The notes under the pieces are model-generated. The model searched no databases. It was not told the DNA's origin and saw nothing but the letters and a program-made list of their open reading frames with translations. From the NCBI GenBank assembly GCA_964533935.1, contig CAZHOG010000005.1, positions 6,402 to 70,401 on the forward strand: DNA of 64,000 nt, read 5' to 3'. This stretch comes from an uncultured Muribaculaceae bacterium (GTDB lineage Bacteria > Bacillota_I > Bacilli_A > RF39 > UBA660). The position numbers and the translations under genes were made by a program. Every line of letters starts with the position of its first letter. Position 1 is the stretch's first letter. Below are positions 28,056 to 38,180 of the stretch, piece after piece.

Positions 28056-29402
28056 ATGGCTAATAGAAAAATGCCACAAAATATTGATGCTGAAATGTCA
28101 GTTTTGGGAGTAGCTTTTTTAGATAAATATGCTCTTGAAAAAATAGTTGAAGAAGTAGATTCTTCTATGTTTTATAGTGAACAAAATAAAAAATTATTTG
28201 AAGCATTACATGAATTATATAAGAATCGTATTGCTATTGATATTACTACTGTAAAAAATGAACTTGATAAACAAAAAAACTTAAATTCTGTTGGTGGAGT
28301 TGAATATATTTCAGAAGTAATAGATTCTGTAGCTACTGCAGCCAATTTAGATTATTATATAAAAATAATTAAAGAAAAAGCATTAAGAAGAAAATTAATA
28401 GAAACTGCAACAGACATAATATCTGATACATATGAAGAAGAAGGTAATGTTGCAAATTTATTAGATAATGCTGAAAAGAATATATTAAATGTTATTAAAG
28501 CTCGTCAAACAAGTGAGTTTAGACCTATTGGAGATGTTTTGAGAACTGCTCAAGAGCAATTAGAAGAAATGTCTAAAAATAAATCTGCTATTACAGGATT
28601 ACCTACTGGGTTTTATGATTTAGATAAATCCACAGCAGGTTTCCATGAAGGCGAATTAATAATTATAGCTGCTCGTCCTGGTATGGGAAAAACTGCCTTT
28701 GCATTAAATGTGGCAACTAATGCAGCAATGCAAACTGATAAAGCCATAGCTGTATTCAACTTAGAAATGTCAGCTGAACAATTGGTTAATAGAATGATTT
28801 CCGCTGTTGGTCAAATCGAAGGTGAAAAATTAAAAACTGGTATTTTAGGAAACAATGACTGGAAAAAATATAATGAAGCTATTAGTCAACTTGCAGATAC
28901 AAATATTTATATTGAAGATAATGCAGGTATTACAGCTCCAGAAATTAAAGCGAAATGTAGAAGACTAGCAAATAGTGAAAAAGGCCTAGGTTTAGTTGTA
29001 ATCGATTACTTGCAGTTAGTTACTACAGGTGGTAGAACAGAGTCAAGACAGGTTGAAGTATCTGACATATCAAGATCTTTTAAAACTTTAGCAATGGAAT
29101 TAAAAGTACCAGTAATTGCTTTAGCACAGTTATCACGTAATGCAGAACGTAGTGAAACAAAACAACCAAGACTTGCAGATTTACGTGAGTCAGGTTCTAT
29201 AGAACAAGATGCTGATATTGTATTGTTTATTAACCGTGCAGATTATTATGAAGCAAAAACTGATAATAAAGTTAATATTGTTCCTGCAGAACTAATCATT
29301 GCTAAACATCGTAAAGGTTCAACTGGATTAATTAATTTATTATTTGAATTAGATAAGAGCTGCTTTAAAAATTATTTAAAAGTAGATAATAATATGGAAT
29401 AA
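28056..29402 (+). CDS. dnaB: Replicative DNA helicase DnaB
   Basis: N-terminus PQNIDAEMSVLG. Walker A GARPGMGKTAF, then LAMELKVPVIALAQLSR and IAKHRKG. It follows rplI, as is conserved in Firmicutes. Confidence 0.9.
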   Translation: MANRKMPQNIDAEMSVLGVAFLDKYALEKIVEEVDSSMFYSEQNKKLFEALHELYKNRIAIDITTVKNELDKQKNLNSVGGVEYISEVIDSVATAANLDYYIKIIKEKALRRKLIETATDIISDTYEEEGNVANLLDNAEKNILNVIKARQTSEFRPIGDVLRTAQEQLEEMSKNKSAITGLPTGFYDLDKSTAGFHEGELIIIAARPGMGKTAFALNVATNAAMQTDKAIAVFNLEMSAEQLVNRMISAVGQIEGEKLKTGILGNNDWKKYNEAISQLADTNIYIEDNAGITAPEIKAKCRRLANSEKGLGLVVIDYLQLVTTGGRTESRQVEVSDISRSFKTLAMELKVPVIALAQLSRNAERSETKQPRLADLRESGSIEQDADIVLFINRADYYEAKTDNKVNIVPAELIIAKHRKGSTGLINLLFELDKSCFKNYLKVDNNME

Positions 29403-29413
29403 AAGGTGATAAG

Positions 29414-30886
29414 GTGAAAAAAAAGGATAAAATAATAACATGTATTTTTAGCATTATTATTTTAATATTTTTAGTATTATTTTGCTCATCAGGAAGAGAT
29501 TATAATTCTCCAAAAACAGTTTATCAAGTTTATTTAAATGGTGCTAAAATGGGAATTATAGCTGATTCTAATGAATTATATAACTTAATAAACGAAGAAC
29601 AAAAAGATATAAAAGAAAAATATAATGTTAATAATGTATATCCTCCTTTAGGATTTGAAATAGTAAAATATATTACATATGATGATAATATAGTCGATGC
29701 TAATAAAATTTATGAAAAGATTAAAGATCAAGATGATTTTACAATTCAAGGATATCAAGTTACAATATCTAGCTCAGAAGATGATAAAGAAGACATTATA
29801 ATTAATGTACTTGATGAAAACATATTTAAACAAGCTTTAAAGAATGTTGTTACAGCATTTGTAAGTGAAGATGAATTTAATAATTATATTAATAACTCGC
29901 AAGCTGAAATTGTTGAAACTGGAGAAATAATAGAGCACATGTATTTCAAAGAAAATATTTCTATTAAAAAAACATTTATAAGTGCTAATGATAAAATTTA
30001 TACTGACGAAAATGAATTATCACAATATTTATTATTTGGTAAAAATGCAGAAAAAAAGAATTACTCAGTTCAAGAAGGAGATACTATAGCAAGTATTTCT
30101 GAGAAGAATGAGTTGAATACACAAGAGTTTTTAGTTGCTAATCCAAAATTTAGAACCGAAAATAGTTTATTAGCTATTGGCGAAAATGTTAATATTAATT
30201 TGATTAATCCACAATTAACTTTAGTTGAAGAGTTACACGTTGTTCAAGATGTTGAAGCAGTATTAAATAAAGAAACTCAATATGATAATTCAAAACCTAG
30301 TACATATTCTCAAGTCACACAAGCGGGCGTTACTGGTATTACAAGATTCACCCAAAAAGTTCAAGTAGTAAATGGTGAACAAAACCAAGGTGTTGAAGTA
30401 GTAAGCCGTGAAACAATTAGAGACGCTGTTACAGAAATCACAGTTAAAGGTAAAAAACAAAGTTCTTATATTAGCGGAAGCTTTGTTGATACTGGTGGAG
30501 ACTGGGCATGGCCAACTAATTCACCATACTTGATTACTTCAGAGTTTGCGTATCGTTGGGGAAAAATGCACTATGGAATTGATATATCTGGAACGGGATA
30601 TGGATCACCAATTTATGCAGCCAAAGATGGAATAGTTGTTACTTGTTCAACTCATTATTCATTAGGTAAATATATAGTTGTTCAACATGAAAATAATTAT
30701 TATACTATGTATGCCCATTTATCTGCTCAAAAAGTAAGAGAAGGTCAAACAGTTTCTCGTGGTCAAACAATTGGATCAATGGGATCTTCTGGATTCTCAA
30801 CAGGAACACATTTACATTTTAGTGCATCAGTTGGAATGCCATATGAAGGTGGAACATTCTTTAATCCATGGAAGTTGTATAGATAA
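29414..30886 (+). CDS. Membrane-anchored LysM + M23 family metallopeptidase
   Basis: N-terminal TM helix. LysM (YSVQEGDTIASISEKNELNTQEFLVANP). M23 motifs HYGIDISG...MYAHLS...GSSGFSTGTHLHF. GTG start after AAGGTGA. Confidence 0.75.
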   Translation: MKKKDKIITCIFSIIILIFLVLFCSSGRDYNSPKTVYQVYLNGAKMGIIADSNELYNLINEEQKDIKEKYNVNNVYPPLGFEIVKYITYDDNIVDANKIYEKIKDQDDFTIQGYQVTISSSEDDKEDIIINVLDENIFKQALKNVVTAFVSEDEFNNYINNSQAEIVETGEIIEHMYFKENISIKKTFISANDKIYTDENELSQYLLFGKNAEKKNYSVQEGDTIASISEKNELNTQEFLVANPKFRTENSLLAIGENVNINLINPQLTLVEELHVVQDVEAVLNKETQYDNSKPSTYSQVTQAGVTGITRFTQKVQVVNGEQNQGVEVVSRETIRDAVTEITVKGKKQSSYISGSFVDTGGDWAWPTNSPYLITSEFAYRWGKMHYGIDISGTGYGSPIYAAKDGIVVTCSTHYSLGKYIVVQHENNYYTMYAHLSAQKVREGQTVSRGQTIGSMGSSGFSTGTHLHFSASVGMPYEGGTFFNPWKLYR

Positions 30887-31650
30887 TGAAAGTATGTGTT
30901 TTATCAAGTGGTTCAAAAGGTAATGCCACATACATAGAAACTGATAAATATAAACTTTTAGTAGATGCAGGAAGAAATGCTAAATATTTAGCAGAGTGTC
31001 TTGAAAAAATAAATGTTAATCCGCATGATATTGATTATTTAATAATTAGTCATACTCATAAAGATCATATTTCAGCACTTCCTGTTTTTGCTAAAAAATA
31101 TAAACCAGTTTTATTATTAAGTCAAAAATTATTTGAAGATATCGAAGAAATAAAAGATTATAACGATATCATAATTTATGAAGATGAAGTAATATTAGAT
31201 GGTTTAAAGATTTCTTGCATAAAAGCTTCTCACGATGCTGTTGATGCAAGAAATTTTATATTTGAAAGTGAAGGAAAAAAAGTTGTATATCTAACAGACA
31301 CTGGATATATTAATCAAAAATATTTTAAAAAATTGAATAATTGTAATATATATTTATTTGAAAGTAATCATGACATAGAAATGCTTATGAATGGACCATA
31401 TCCTAAATTTTTAAAACAAAGAGTTGTTGGTAGCGTTGGCCATTTATCGAATAAAGATTCTAGTTTTTACTTAAGTAAATTAGTAGGACCAAATACTCAA
31501 AAGATTTTATTAATGCACTTAAGTGAAAAAAATAATACAGAAGAAAAAGCATTAAAAATGATTAATGATACTTTTAAAGAATATAATATTCCATTTAATA
31601 ATATTGAATGTGCTAAACAAGATGAAATAAGTGAAGTGATTAATTTATGA
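30886..31650 (+). CDS. MBL-fold metallo-hydrolase (YycJ/WalJ-like)
   Basis: MKVCVLSSGSKGNATYIETDKYKLLVDAG...ISHTHKDH. Its position upstream of rlmH matches Firmicutes yycJ. Confidence 0.7.
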   Translation: MKVCVLSSGSKGNATYIETDKYKLLVDAGRNAKYLAECLEKINVNPHDIDYLIISHTHKDHISALPVFAKKYKPVLLLSQKLFEDIEEIKDYNDIIIYEDEVILDGLKISCIKASHDAVDARNFIFESEGKKVVYLTDTGYINQKYFKKLNNCNIYLFESNHDIEMLMNGPYPKFLKQRVVGSVGHLSNKDSSFYLSKLVGPNTQKILLMHLSEKNNTEEKALKMINDTFKEYNIPFNNIECAKQDEISEVINL

Positions 31651-32084
31651 TAAAGATTATATGCTCTGGAAAATTAAAAGAACAATATTTGAAAGATATG
31701 ATAAATGATTATACAAAAAGAATTTCAAAATATCATAAAATTGAAGTTGTAGAATTAAAAGATGAAAATTCTTTAGATAAAGAAAGAGATAATATATTAA
31801 AAAATATTAATAAAACTGATTATGTTGCTATATTAGATCTTAAGGGTGAAATGTTAACAAGTGAAGAATTTGCAGGTTTTATTGATAAAACTTTCTTAGT
31901 ATCGGGTACTATTGATTTTATTATTGGAAGTTCTTTAGGGATTCATGAAGATATAAAAAAATTAGCCAATAAAAGTATAAAATTTTCTAATATGACATTT
32001 CCTCATGGATTATTTAGAGGAATATTATTAGAACAAATATATCGAGGATTTAAAATTAATAATAATGAAACATATCATAAATAG
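31647..32084 (+). CDS. rlmH: 23S rRNA (pseudouridine1915-N3)-methyltransferase RlmH
   Basis: SPOUT-fold protein of 145 aa. YVAILDLKGEMLTSEEFAGFIDK...FPHGLFRGILLEQIYRG. Confidence 0.8.
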   Translation: MIKIICSGKLKEQYLKDMINDYTKRISKYHKIEVVELKDENSLDKERDNILKNINKTDYVAILDLKGEMLTSEEFAGFIDKTFLVSGTIDFIIGSSLGIHEDIKKLANKSIKFSNMTFPHGLFRGILLEQIYRGFKINNNETYHK

Positions 32085-32095
32085 GATGTGAGAAT

Positions 32096-32749
32096 ATGAT
32101 TGGAAATGATTGGAATTTAGTATTAAAAGATATTATGGAAACAGATTCATTTCATAATTTAATTAATAAAGTATACAAAGAATATGAGAATAAAATTATA
32201 TATCCAGAAAAAAATCAAATATTTAATGCCTTGAAATTTACATCATATAAAAATACAAAAGTTGTTATTGTCGGACAAGACCCTTATCATGGTGAAAATG
32301 AAGCTCATGGTTTATCATTTTCAGTTCAAAAAGGAGTAAAAGTTCCACCATCATTAAAAAATATATACAAAGAATTAAATGATGATTTAAATGTTCCAAT
32401 AAAAAATGATGGTGATTTAACATCTTGGGCAAATGAGGGAGTACTTTTATTAAATTCAGTATTAACTGTTGAAAAAGATTCTCCAGCATCTCATAAAAAA
32501 ATAGGCTGGGAATTATTTACTGATTATATAATAAAAAAATTAGATGAAAAAGAAGAACCTATAGTATTTATTCTTTGGGGAAATTTTGCAAAAGCAAAAC
32601 AAGAACTTATAACTAATCCTAAACATTTGGTTATATCTTCACCTCATCCATCTCCTTTTTCAGCAAGAAATGGATTCTTTGGAAGTAAACCATTTTCTAA
32701 AACAAATGGATTTTTAAAAAAGAATGGGCAAGCTCCTATAAACTGGTAA
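32096..32749 (+). CDS. ung: Uracil-DNA glycosylase (family 1)
   Basis: The catalytic water-activating motif GQDPYH is present, along with LLLNSVLTV and HPSPFSA. Confidence 0.9.
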   Translation: MIGNDWNLVLKDIMETDSFHNLINKVYKEYENKIIYPEKNQIFNALKFTSYKNTKVVIVGQDPYHGENEAHGLSFSVQKGVKVPPSLKNIYKELNDDLNVPIKNDGDLTSWANEGVLLLNSVLTVEKDSPASHKKIGWELFTDYIIKKLDEKEEPIVFILWGNFAKAKQELITNPKHLVISSPHPSPFSARNGFFGSKPFSKTNGFLKKNGQAPINW

Positions 32750-32767
32750 TTTACTACCAGTTTTTTT
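32741..32767 (+). terminator. Bidirectional terminator between convergent ung and lemA
   Basis: AACTGGTA-atttac-TACCAGTT followed by TTTTTTT. A-rich on the other side. Confidence 0.55.
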
Positions 32768-32795
32768 ATATAAAAAAAGACATATTTAAATATGC

Positions 32796-33329
32796 CTAAA
32801 GTTTTATATCATCATCAATTTTTTTGACACTATATAATTGAGATATTTTATATTTATTTATTTTAGCAACAATATTTGATGGAAATTTTCTTATCATACC
32901 ATTTAATTCAGTAGTATTCTTATTAAAATAGTTTTTAGAAGCAGTTAATTTTTCATCTGTTTCTTTAATTTCCTTTAAGATATCTTTCATATCTTTGTTG
33001 TCTTCTAATACTTTATTGTCATTATATAAAGTTTTAATTAAATTAATACCTTCAGTTAATTTCTTATCTTTGTCAAAATTATTAATATTTTTATTTTTTA
33101 AATTAACATATTCTTTTAAATAATCCTTATTATCATCAATATTAGATTTAATGATTTCACTAGCTTTATTTATTAAATCATATCTATCACTAAAAGATTC
33201 ATTAATTTTATTTGTAGATTGTTCTATTTTATTATTTAAATATTGCATTTGAGTATAATAAATTACATATACTATACCAACTATTCCACATATAATTATT
33301 AATACTAAAAGTGTAATTATTAATTCCAT
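32796..33329 (-). CDS. lemA: LemA family protein
   Basis: An N-terminal TM helix then a LemA-like helical domain (YLNNKIEQSTNKINESFSDRYDLINKASEIIKSN). Confidence 0.55.
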   Translation of the reverse strand: MELIITLLVLIIICGIVGIVYVIYYTQMQYLNNKIEQSTNKINESFSDRYDLINKASEIIKSNIDDNKDYLKEYVNLKNKNINNFDKDKKLTEGINLIKTLYNDNKVLEDNKDMKDILKEIKETDEKLTASKNYFNKNTTELNGMIRKFPSNIVAKINKYKISQLYSVKKIDDDIKL

Positions 33330-33389
33330 TTTATCACTCCTTATTTTTAATAATTATACCATTAAATAATATAAATTGGTATAATTAAA

Positions 33390-33902
33390 ATGGTGATGAA
33401 AATGAATTATTCTTTAAAAAAAGTTGTTGTTGGTTATTTAGAAGAAAATTGCTATATACTAAATTATAATAATAAAACGTATCTTATAGATCCAGGAGAT
33501 GAACCTAAAAAAATAAAAAAAGAATTAAAAAATGTAAATGAGTTAGAAATATTAATTACTCATCATCATTATGATCATGTTGGAGCATTAGATTATTTTG
33601 AAAAAGAATACAATACAAAACATAATAATTTTAATAATCCTAATTTTGAAATAATTAAGAATCCAGGACATTCAAAAGATTCTATATCTTTTTATTTTAA
33701 AGATTTAAATATTATGTTTTGTGGAGATTTTATTTTTAAAAATAATATTGGTAGAACTGATTTTATAGATGGATCAATGCATGAAATGAGAGAAAGTTTA
33801 AAAAATATTTCAAATTATGCTGATGATATAATTTTATATCCAGGCCATGATGATTCTACAATATTAGGTGATGAAAAAAAACATTTTAAAATTTACTTTT
33901 AA
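33390..33902 (+). CDS. MBL-fold metallo-hydrolase (glyoxalase II-like)
   Basis: ILITHHHYDHVGAL matches the HxHxDH zinc motif. NPGHS and PGHDDST are also present. Confidence 0.7.
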   Translation: MVMKMNYSLKKVVVGYLEENCYILNYNNKTYLIDPGDEPKKIKKELKNVNELEILITHHHYDHVGALDYFEKEYNTKHNNFNNPNFEIIKNPGHSKDSISFYFKDLNIMFCGDFIFKNNIGRTDFIDGSMHEMRESLKNISNYADDIILYPGHDDSTILGDEKKHFKIYF

Positions 33903-34258
33903 AATGTTTTTTCAGAATATACATGACTATAATTTATTCTTTCTTCAAACTCTACATAGTTTAGATAAATCATTCTTATTAAATACCAATATCCTGTTTT
34001 AGGATCCATAATAATTAAATGATCTCTTCCTGCTTCTTCAATAATTCCGTCATAAACTTTATCTTGCCATTCTTTAGAATCAGGATATGATACATAAGCT
34101 TTAACTTTTTTGCCTTTGTTTAACCTTAAAATATTTTCAATATAACTTTGTTCCATTGGCATTGATTCATAAAAATTAGTATTTCCTGGTGGAGTAGTAT
34201 TTGTATTATCATTTGTTGCTGTTGGGAATGTAGGATTTTGAAAATAACTGCCGTTCAT
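33899..34258 (-). CDS. gerQ: Spore coat protein GerQ-like
   Basis: A low-complexity N-terminus, then YIENILRLNKGKKVKAYVSY...KVYDGIIEEAGRDHLIIMDPKTGYWYLIRMIYLNYVEFEE. This resembles the conserved C-terminal half of B. subtilis GerQ/YwdL. Confidence 0.55.
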   Translation of the reverse strand: MNGSYFQNPTFPTATNDNTNTTPPGNTNFYESMPMEQSYIENILRLNKGKKVKAYVSYPDSKEWQDKVYDGIIEEAGRDHLIIMDPKTGYWYLIRMIYLNYVEFEERINYSHVYSEKTF

Positions 34259-34338
34259 AAAATATCACCTCATTTGTATATATTCCTTCAATTGAAAAAA
34301 TATGCATAATATTATATACTATAATAGTAGGTGACAAT

Positions 34339-35403
34339 ATGAGACTAATAGGAATCAATGATAAAAGAAATATTAGCTATAAAAAAATATTGCCTTTATT
34401 ATGCTTGGGAATAATTGTGTTATCTATTATAGTATTCTATAAATCTTATGCAATTTATCAACTTGAAAATGATTATGAAGTAATTAATTCTAAAATTGGT
34501 AATTACACTATGGGTGATATAAGAATAATGACAGTTGTGGATGGAAAAGAGACTGAATCATTTCCTACATATGAATCTAATTATTTAATGACAAATATTG
34601 AATGTACTAATGGACTAAATGCAACTTGGGATGCAGTCAATTGGAGATTAGCAATTGAAAATATTTCCAGTGATAATTCTAAATGTACTATTTATTTTGA
34701 TAGTACTAAAAAGAATTCTGAAAAGCCAATAAATTATAGCCAATCAGCTTTATTAAATAATGTAGAAGATAGCAAAAATACAACTATTAAAAATATAAAA
34801 CAAAGTGTAATTGAAAAAATATATCCTATTGGAAGTATATATTTAAGTACTACTGATGACACAATAGATAGTGTTGCTAATAAATTTGGGGGAACTTGGA
34901 TTAAGTATTCTGAAGGTGCATCATTGATAAGTTCAGACTCAAATTATTCAATTAACTCAACTGGTGGATCTGATATTGTAACTTTAGCATCAAATAATAT
35001 CCCATCACTTAAATTAACAGGTACTACAAATTCAACAGGAAGTGGTTATTCTATAGGATATACTTATGCAAATAGAACTGTTAGTTCTTGGAGTGGGGCA
35101 CATACTCATAATATATCAAGGGAATTTGGGACAACTACAAATCTTGCTACATCCCCAGAAAGTGAAACGTATTCACAGTTATCTGGTTCTAGTGCTGCAA
35201 CGAGAGTTTGGTCAAGTTCTCCAATATCAGCTACAACGATAACAGTATCTGGACAAACTGTAACTGAATACTTTGCTAATAGTATTTCTGGAGTTGCATC
35301 CCATTTTCATACATTTACAGGAAATTATACTAATAATTCTACAAAAAGCATTAATATTAAAAATCCATATACGTCAGTATATATGTATAAAAGAATAAAA
35401 TAA
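34339..35403 (+). CDS. Membrane-anchored phage tail-collar domain protein (MdpB/COG4675-like), paralogue A
   Basis: N-terminal TM helix. C-terminal IYPIGSIYLSTTDDT...KFGGTWIKY...NSTGGSDIVTL..NIPSL...WSGAHTHN matches tail-collar domain blocks. RBS AGGTGA. Confidence 0.55.
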   Translation: MRLIGINDKRNISYKKILPLLCLGIIVLSIIVFYKSYAIYQLENDYEVINSKIGNYTMGDIRIMTVVDGKETESFPTYESNYLMTNIECTNGLNATWDAVNWRLAIENISSDNSKCTIYFDSTKKNSEKPINYSQSALLNNVEDSKNTTIKNIKQSVIEKIYPIGSIYLSTTDDTIDSVANKFGGTWIKYSEGASLISSDSNYSINSTGGSDIVTLASNNIPSLKLTGTTNSTGSGYSIGYTYANRTVSSWSGAHTHNISREFGTTTNLATSPESETYSQLSGSSAATRVWSSSPISATTITVSGQTVTEYFANSISGVASHFHTFTGNYTNNSTKSINIKNPYTSVYMYKRIK

Positions 35404-35424
35404 TTTTGAAAGATAGGTGATAAA

Positions 35425-36468
35425 ATGAAAAAAAATATTTCTTTAAAACAAATGACATGTTTCTTCATATGTGCATTTGTATTTTTATCACTTGTTGTAA
35501 TATATAAGTCTTATGAGATTTCTTTATTAAAAAATAAATATAATAACATAGAAAAAGTTATTAATAATACATATGATTTTTCCAATCAATTAGCAGTTAC
35601 AGTTGATGGACAAGAAACAAGTTCATTTCCAACTAAAGATTCAAATTATTCTGTAAAAAGTATAGATTGTACTAATGATGTTGTGGCAAAATGGGATAAT
35701 GAAAATTGGAAATTAGTAATAGATGATATGTCAGCAACAAGTACAAAATGTACTGTTAATTTTAAAACTGGTATATCTAGTCAAAACGATATTGCATTGT
35801 ATTCTAAAGAAGATCTTTTAGCATTAAATAGTGAATATCAAGATATGGCTGTTGATACTGTAAAAAGTTCGATTATAGATAGTATATATCCAGTAGGAAG
35901 TATATATATGAGTACTACTGATGATACAGTTGATATAGTTAAAGGAAAATTTGGAGGTACATGGGTTAAATATGCTCAGGGTACTACTCTTATTGGTGCA
36001 ATCTCAACTTATGCAGCTAATTCAACAGGTGGAACAAATAGTATTTCACTTACACAATCTAATATTCCTTCTTTAAGTATGACAGGAACAACTGATTCAA
36101 CAGGAAGTGGATATTCTATAGGATATGGATCTTCTAGTAGAGGAGTTAGTCCATGGAGTGCTTCTCACGGACATAGTGTATCAAGGGAATTTGGTATTAA
36201 TGCAAATTTAAATATTAATCCTGCTTCAGAAACATATGCTCAAATAGCTGGAACTAATGCGTATACAAGATCATGGAGTTCAAGTCCGATATCATCAACA
36301 ACTATTACAGTATCTGGACAAACAGTTAGTGATTATTATGCAAACAGTATAAGTGGAATTCAATCTCATAGTCATACTTTTACGGGAAATTATACTAATA
36401 ATTCTCAACAAAATATTAATGTTCAAAATCCATATACAGCTGTATATATGTATAAAAGAACGGCATAA
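35425..36468 (+). CDS. Membrane-anchored phage tail-collar domain protein, paralogue B (tandem duplicate of 34339-35403)
   Basis: Same architecture and collinear motifs (IYPVGSIYMSTTDDT, KFGGTWVKY, NSTGGTNSISL, NIPSL, WSASHGHS) with about 50% identity to paralogue A. RBS AGGTGA. Confidence 0.55.
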   Translation: MKKNISLKQMTCFFICAFVFLSLVVIYKSYEISLLKNKYNNIEKVINNTYDFSNQLAVTVDGQETSSFPTKDSNYSVKSIDCTNDVVAKWDNENWKLVIDDMSATSTKCTVNFKTGISSQNDIALYSKEDLLALNSEYQDMAVDTVKSSIIDSIYPVGSIYMSTTDDTVDIVKGKFGGTWVKYAQGTTLIGAISTYAANSTGGTNSISLTQSNIPSLSMTGTTDSTGSGYSIGYGSSSRGVSPWSASHGHSVSREFGINANLNINPASETYAQIAGTNAYTRSWSSSPISSTTITVSGQTVSDYYANSISGIQSHSHTFTGNYTNNSQQNINVQNPYTAVYMYKRTA

Positions 36469-36490
36469 ATCCTATTAATAGGATTTTTTT
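36468..36490 (+). terminator. Rho-independent terminator after the paralogue pair
   Basis: AATCCTAT-ta-ATAGGATT followed by TTTTT. Confidence 0.55.
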
Positions 36491-36568
36491 ATGGTAAAAA
36501 TTTCCCAGTGAAATAACTATTATTTTTATCTGATTTATAGTATAATTACTAAAGTAGAGGGTGATATA

Positions 36569-37474
36569 GTGGATTTTGATATAAAAAAAATCATTAGTCA
36601 AATAAATCATAAAAATCTATTTTTAAGAATTGTAATAACTTTGATTGGAACAATCCTTCTAGCTATGAATTATAATTTATTTTTAGATAGTAATAATTTA
36701 GTTATAGGTGGATTAAGTGGTTTAGCAATTATTTTCAAAAAATTATTTTCTTGGAATTCAACAATATTTATTTATGTTTTAACTGCTGTATTAATAATCA
36801 TTGGATTATTCCTACTAAATAAAGAAGAAATATTTAAGGGATTATTTGTTTCATTATTATTTCCATTTTTTATAACATTTACTGCTCCATTATGTACAAT
36901 ATTATTAAAATATATTGAATTTAATGACAAGATATTAATTGCTTTAGCATCTTCTTTATTATTTGGTTTTGCTAATGGTATTATTTATCAAGCTGGATTT
37001 AATACTGGTGGATCAGATGTTTTAATGAAAATAATTAACAAATATGGAAAAATTACTGAGGGAAAAGCAACGTTTGTAATGAACATCGCAATTATTTTAC
37101 TTGGTGGAATTGTATTTGATATAAATAATGTTGCTTATTCTGCAATAATATTATATTTAAGTACTATTATTATTGATCGTATGTTAATTGGAATTTCTAG
37201 AGCAAAAATGTTTTATATTAATACAAACGAAATTGATAAAGTTAGACAATTTATTTTAGAAGAATTAAAAACAGGTGTAACAATAATTTCAACTGAAGGT
37301 GGATATTCTAATAAAAAAGGAAAACTTTTAATGTGTGTTGTAGATAGTAAAGATTATTATATGTTTAGACAAGCAGTGTTAGAAATTGATCCAAAAGCGT
37401 TCTTTATTATTGATGACTGTTATGAAGTATCTGGTGGATATAAAAGAGAAAGAATCAATTTGTATGAGAGGTGA
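36569..37474 (+). CDS. YitT family membrane protein (DUF161 + DUF2179)
   Basis: GGLSGLAIIFKKLF and a second GG...GGSDV repeat, plus a C-terminal DUF2179-like soluble domain. GTG start after AGAGGGTGA. Confidence 0.65.
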   Translation: MDFDIKKIISQINHKNLFLRIVITLIGTILLAMNYNLFLDSNNLVIGGLSGLAIIFKKLFSWNSTIFIYVLTAVLIIIGLFLLNKEEIFKGLFVSLLFPFFITFTAPLCTILLKYIEFNDKILIALASSLLFGFANGIIYQAGFNTGGSDVLMKIINKYGKITEGKATFVMNIAIILLGGIVFDINNVAYSAIILYLSTIIIDRMLIGISRAKMFYINTNEIDKVRQFILEELKTGVTIISTEGGYSNKKGKLLMCVVDSKDYYMFRQAVLEIDPKAFFIIDDCYEVSGGYKRERINLYER

Positions 37475-37478
37475 AAAA

Positions 37479-38180
37479 ATGAAGTTAATTAGTATTGAAA
37501 ATTGTTATAAAGTATATAAAAATGGAGTGACAGCTATTGCTGATTTATCTTTAGAAATAGATAAAAAAGAATTTGTTTTTATAATTGGTGCTACCGGTTG
37601 TGGAAAATCAACTTTAATTAAAATGCTTTATCGAGAAGAAAAACCAACTAAAGGAAAAATTAATGTTGGGGGAATTGATGTAGCTAAATTACGTAATAGT
37701 AAAGTATATAAATTAAGAAGAAAATTAGGAATAGTTTTTCAAGATTTCAAATTGCTTCCTAAATTAACTGTTTATGAGAATGTTGCTTTTGCTCTTGAAA
37801 GCATTGGTATGAAGGATAAAGATATAAGACCTAAAGTATTAGAAGCTTTAGATAAAGTTGGACTTAAAGATCGTTCTAGAAGTTATCCTAGAGAATTATC
37901 TGGTGGTGAACAACAAAGAGTATGTATTGCTAGAGCAATAGTTAATGAACCTAAGATTCTTATATGTGATGAACCAACTGGTAATTTAGACCCAATTACA
38001 TCTAAAGAAATTATGAAGATACTAGAAAAACTAAATAAAGAATATGAAACAACTGTTGTAATGGTTACACATGATAGTGAAATAGTTAATAAAATGAAAA
38101 AAAGAGTTATTTTATTAGACAACGGTGTATTGGTTGGAGATTATTTGAAAGGAAGTTATAAAGTACATGAAAATATTTAG
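37479..38180 (+). CDS. ftsE: Cell division ATP-binding protein FtsE
   Basis: Walker A GATGCGKST, ABC signature LSGGEQQR, Walker B ILICDEPT. Followed by ftsX. Confidence 0.85.
   Translation: MKLISIENCYKVYKNGVTAIADLSLEIDKKEFVFIIGATGCGKSTLIKMLYREEKPTKGKINVGGIDVAKLRNSKVYKLRRKLGIVFQDFKLLPKLTVYENVAFALESIGMKDKDIRPKVLEALDKVGLKDRSRSYPRELSGGEQQRVCIARAIVNEPKILICDEPTGNLDPITSKEIMKILEKLNKEYETTVVMVTHDSEIVNKMKKRVILLDNGVLVGDYLKGSYKVHENI

Noticed and set aside
32265-32489. 74-aa minus-strand ORF, His/Leu-rich
   Set aside because: Antisense within ung, whose sense frame carries the GQDPYH motif.
34339-36468. Possible prophage region (tail-collar proteins)
   Set aside because: No integrase, terminase, capsid, portal or tail tube genes flank them. 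Both proteins have N-terminal membrane anchors and housekeeping neighbours.
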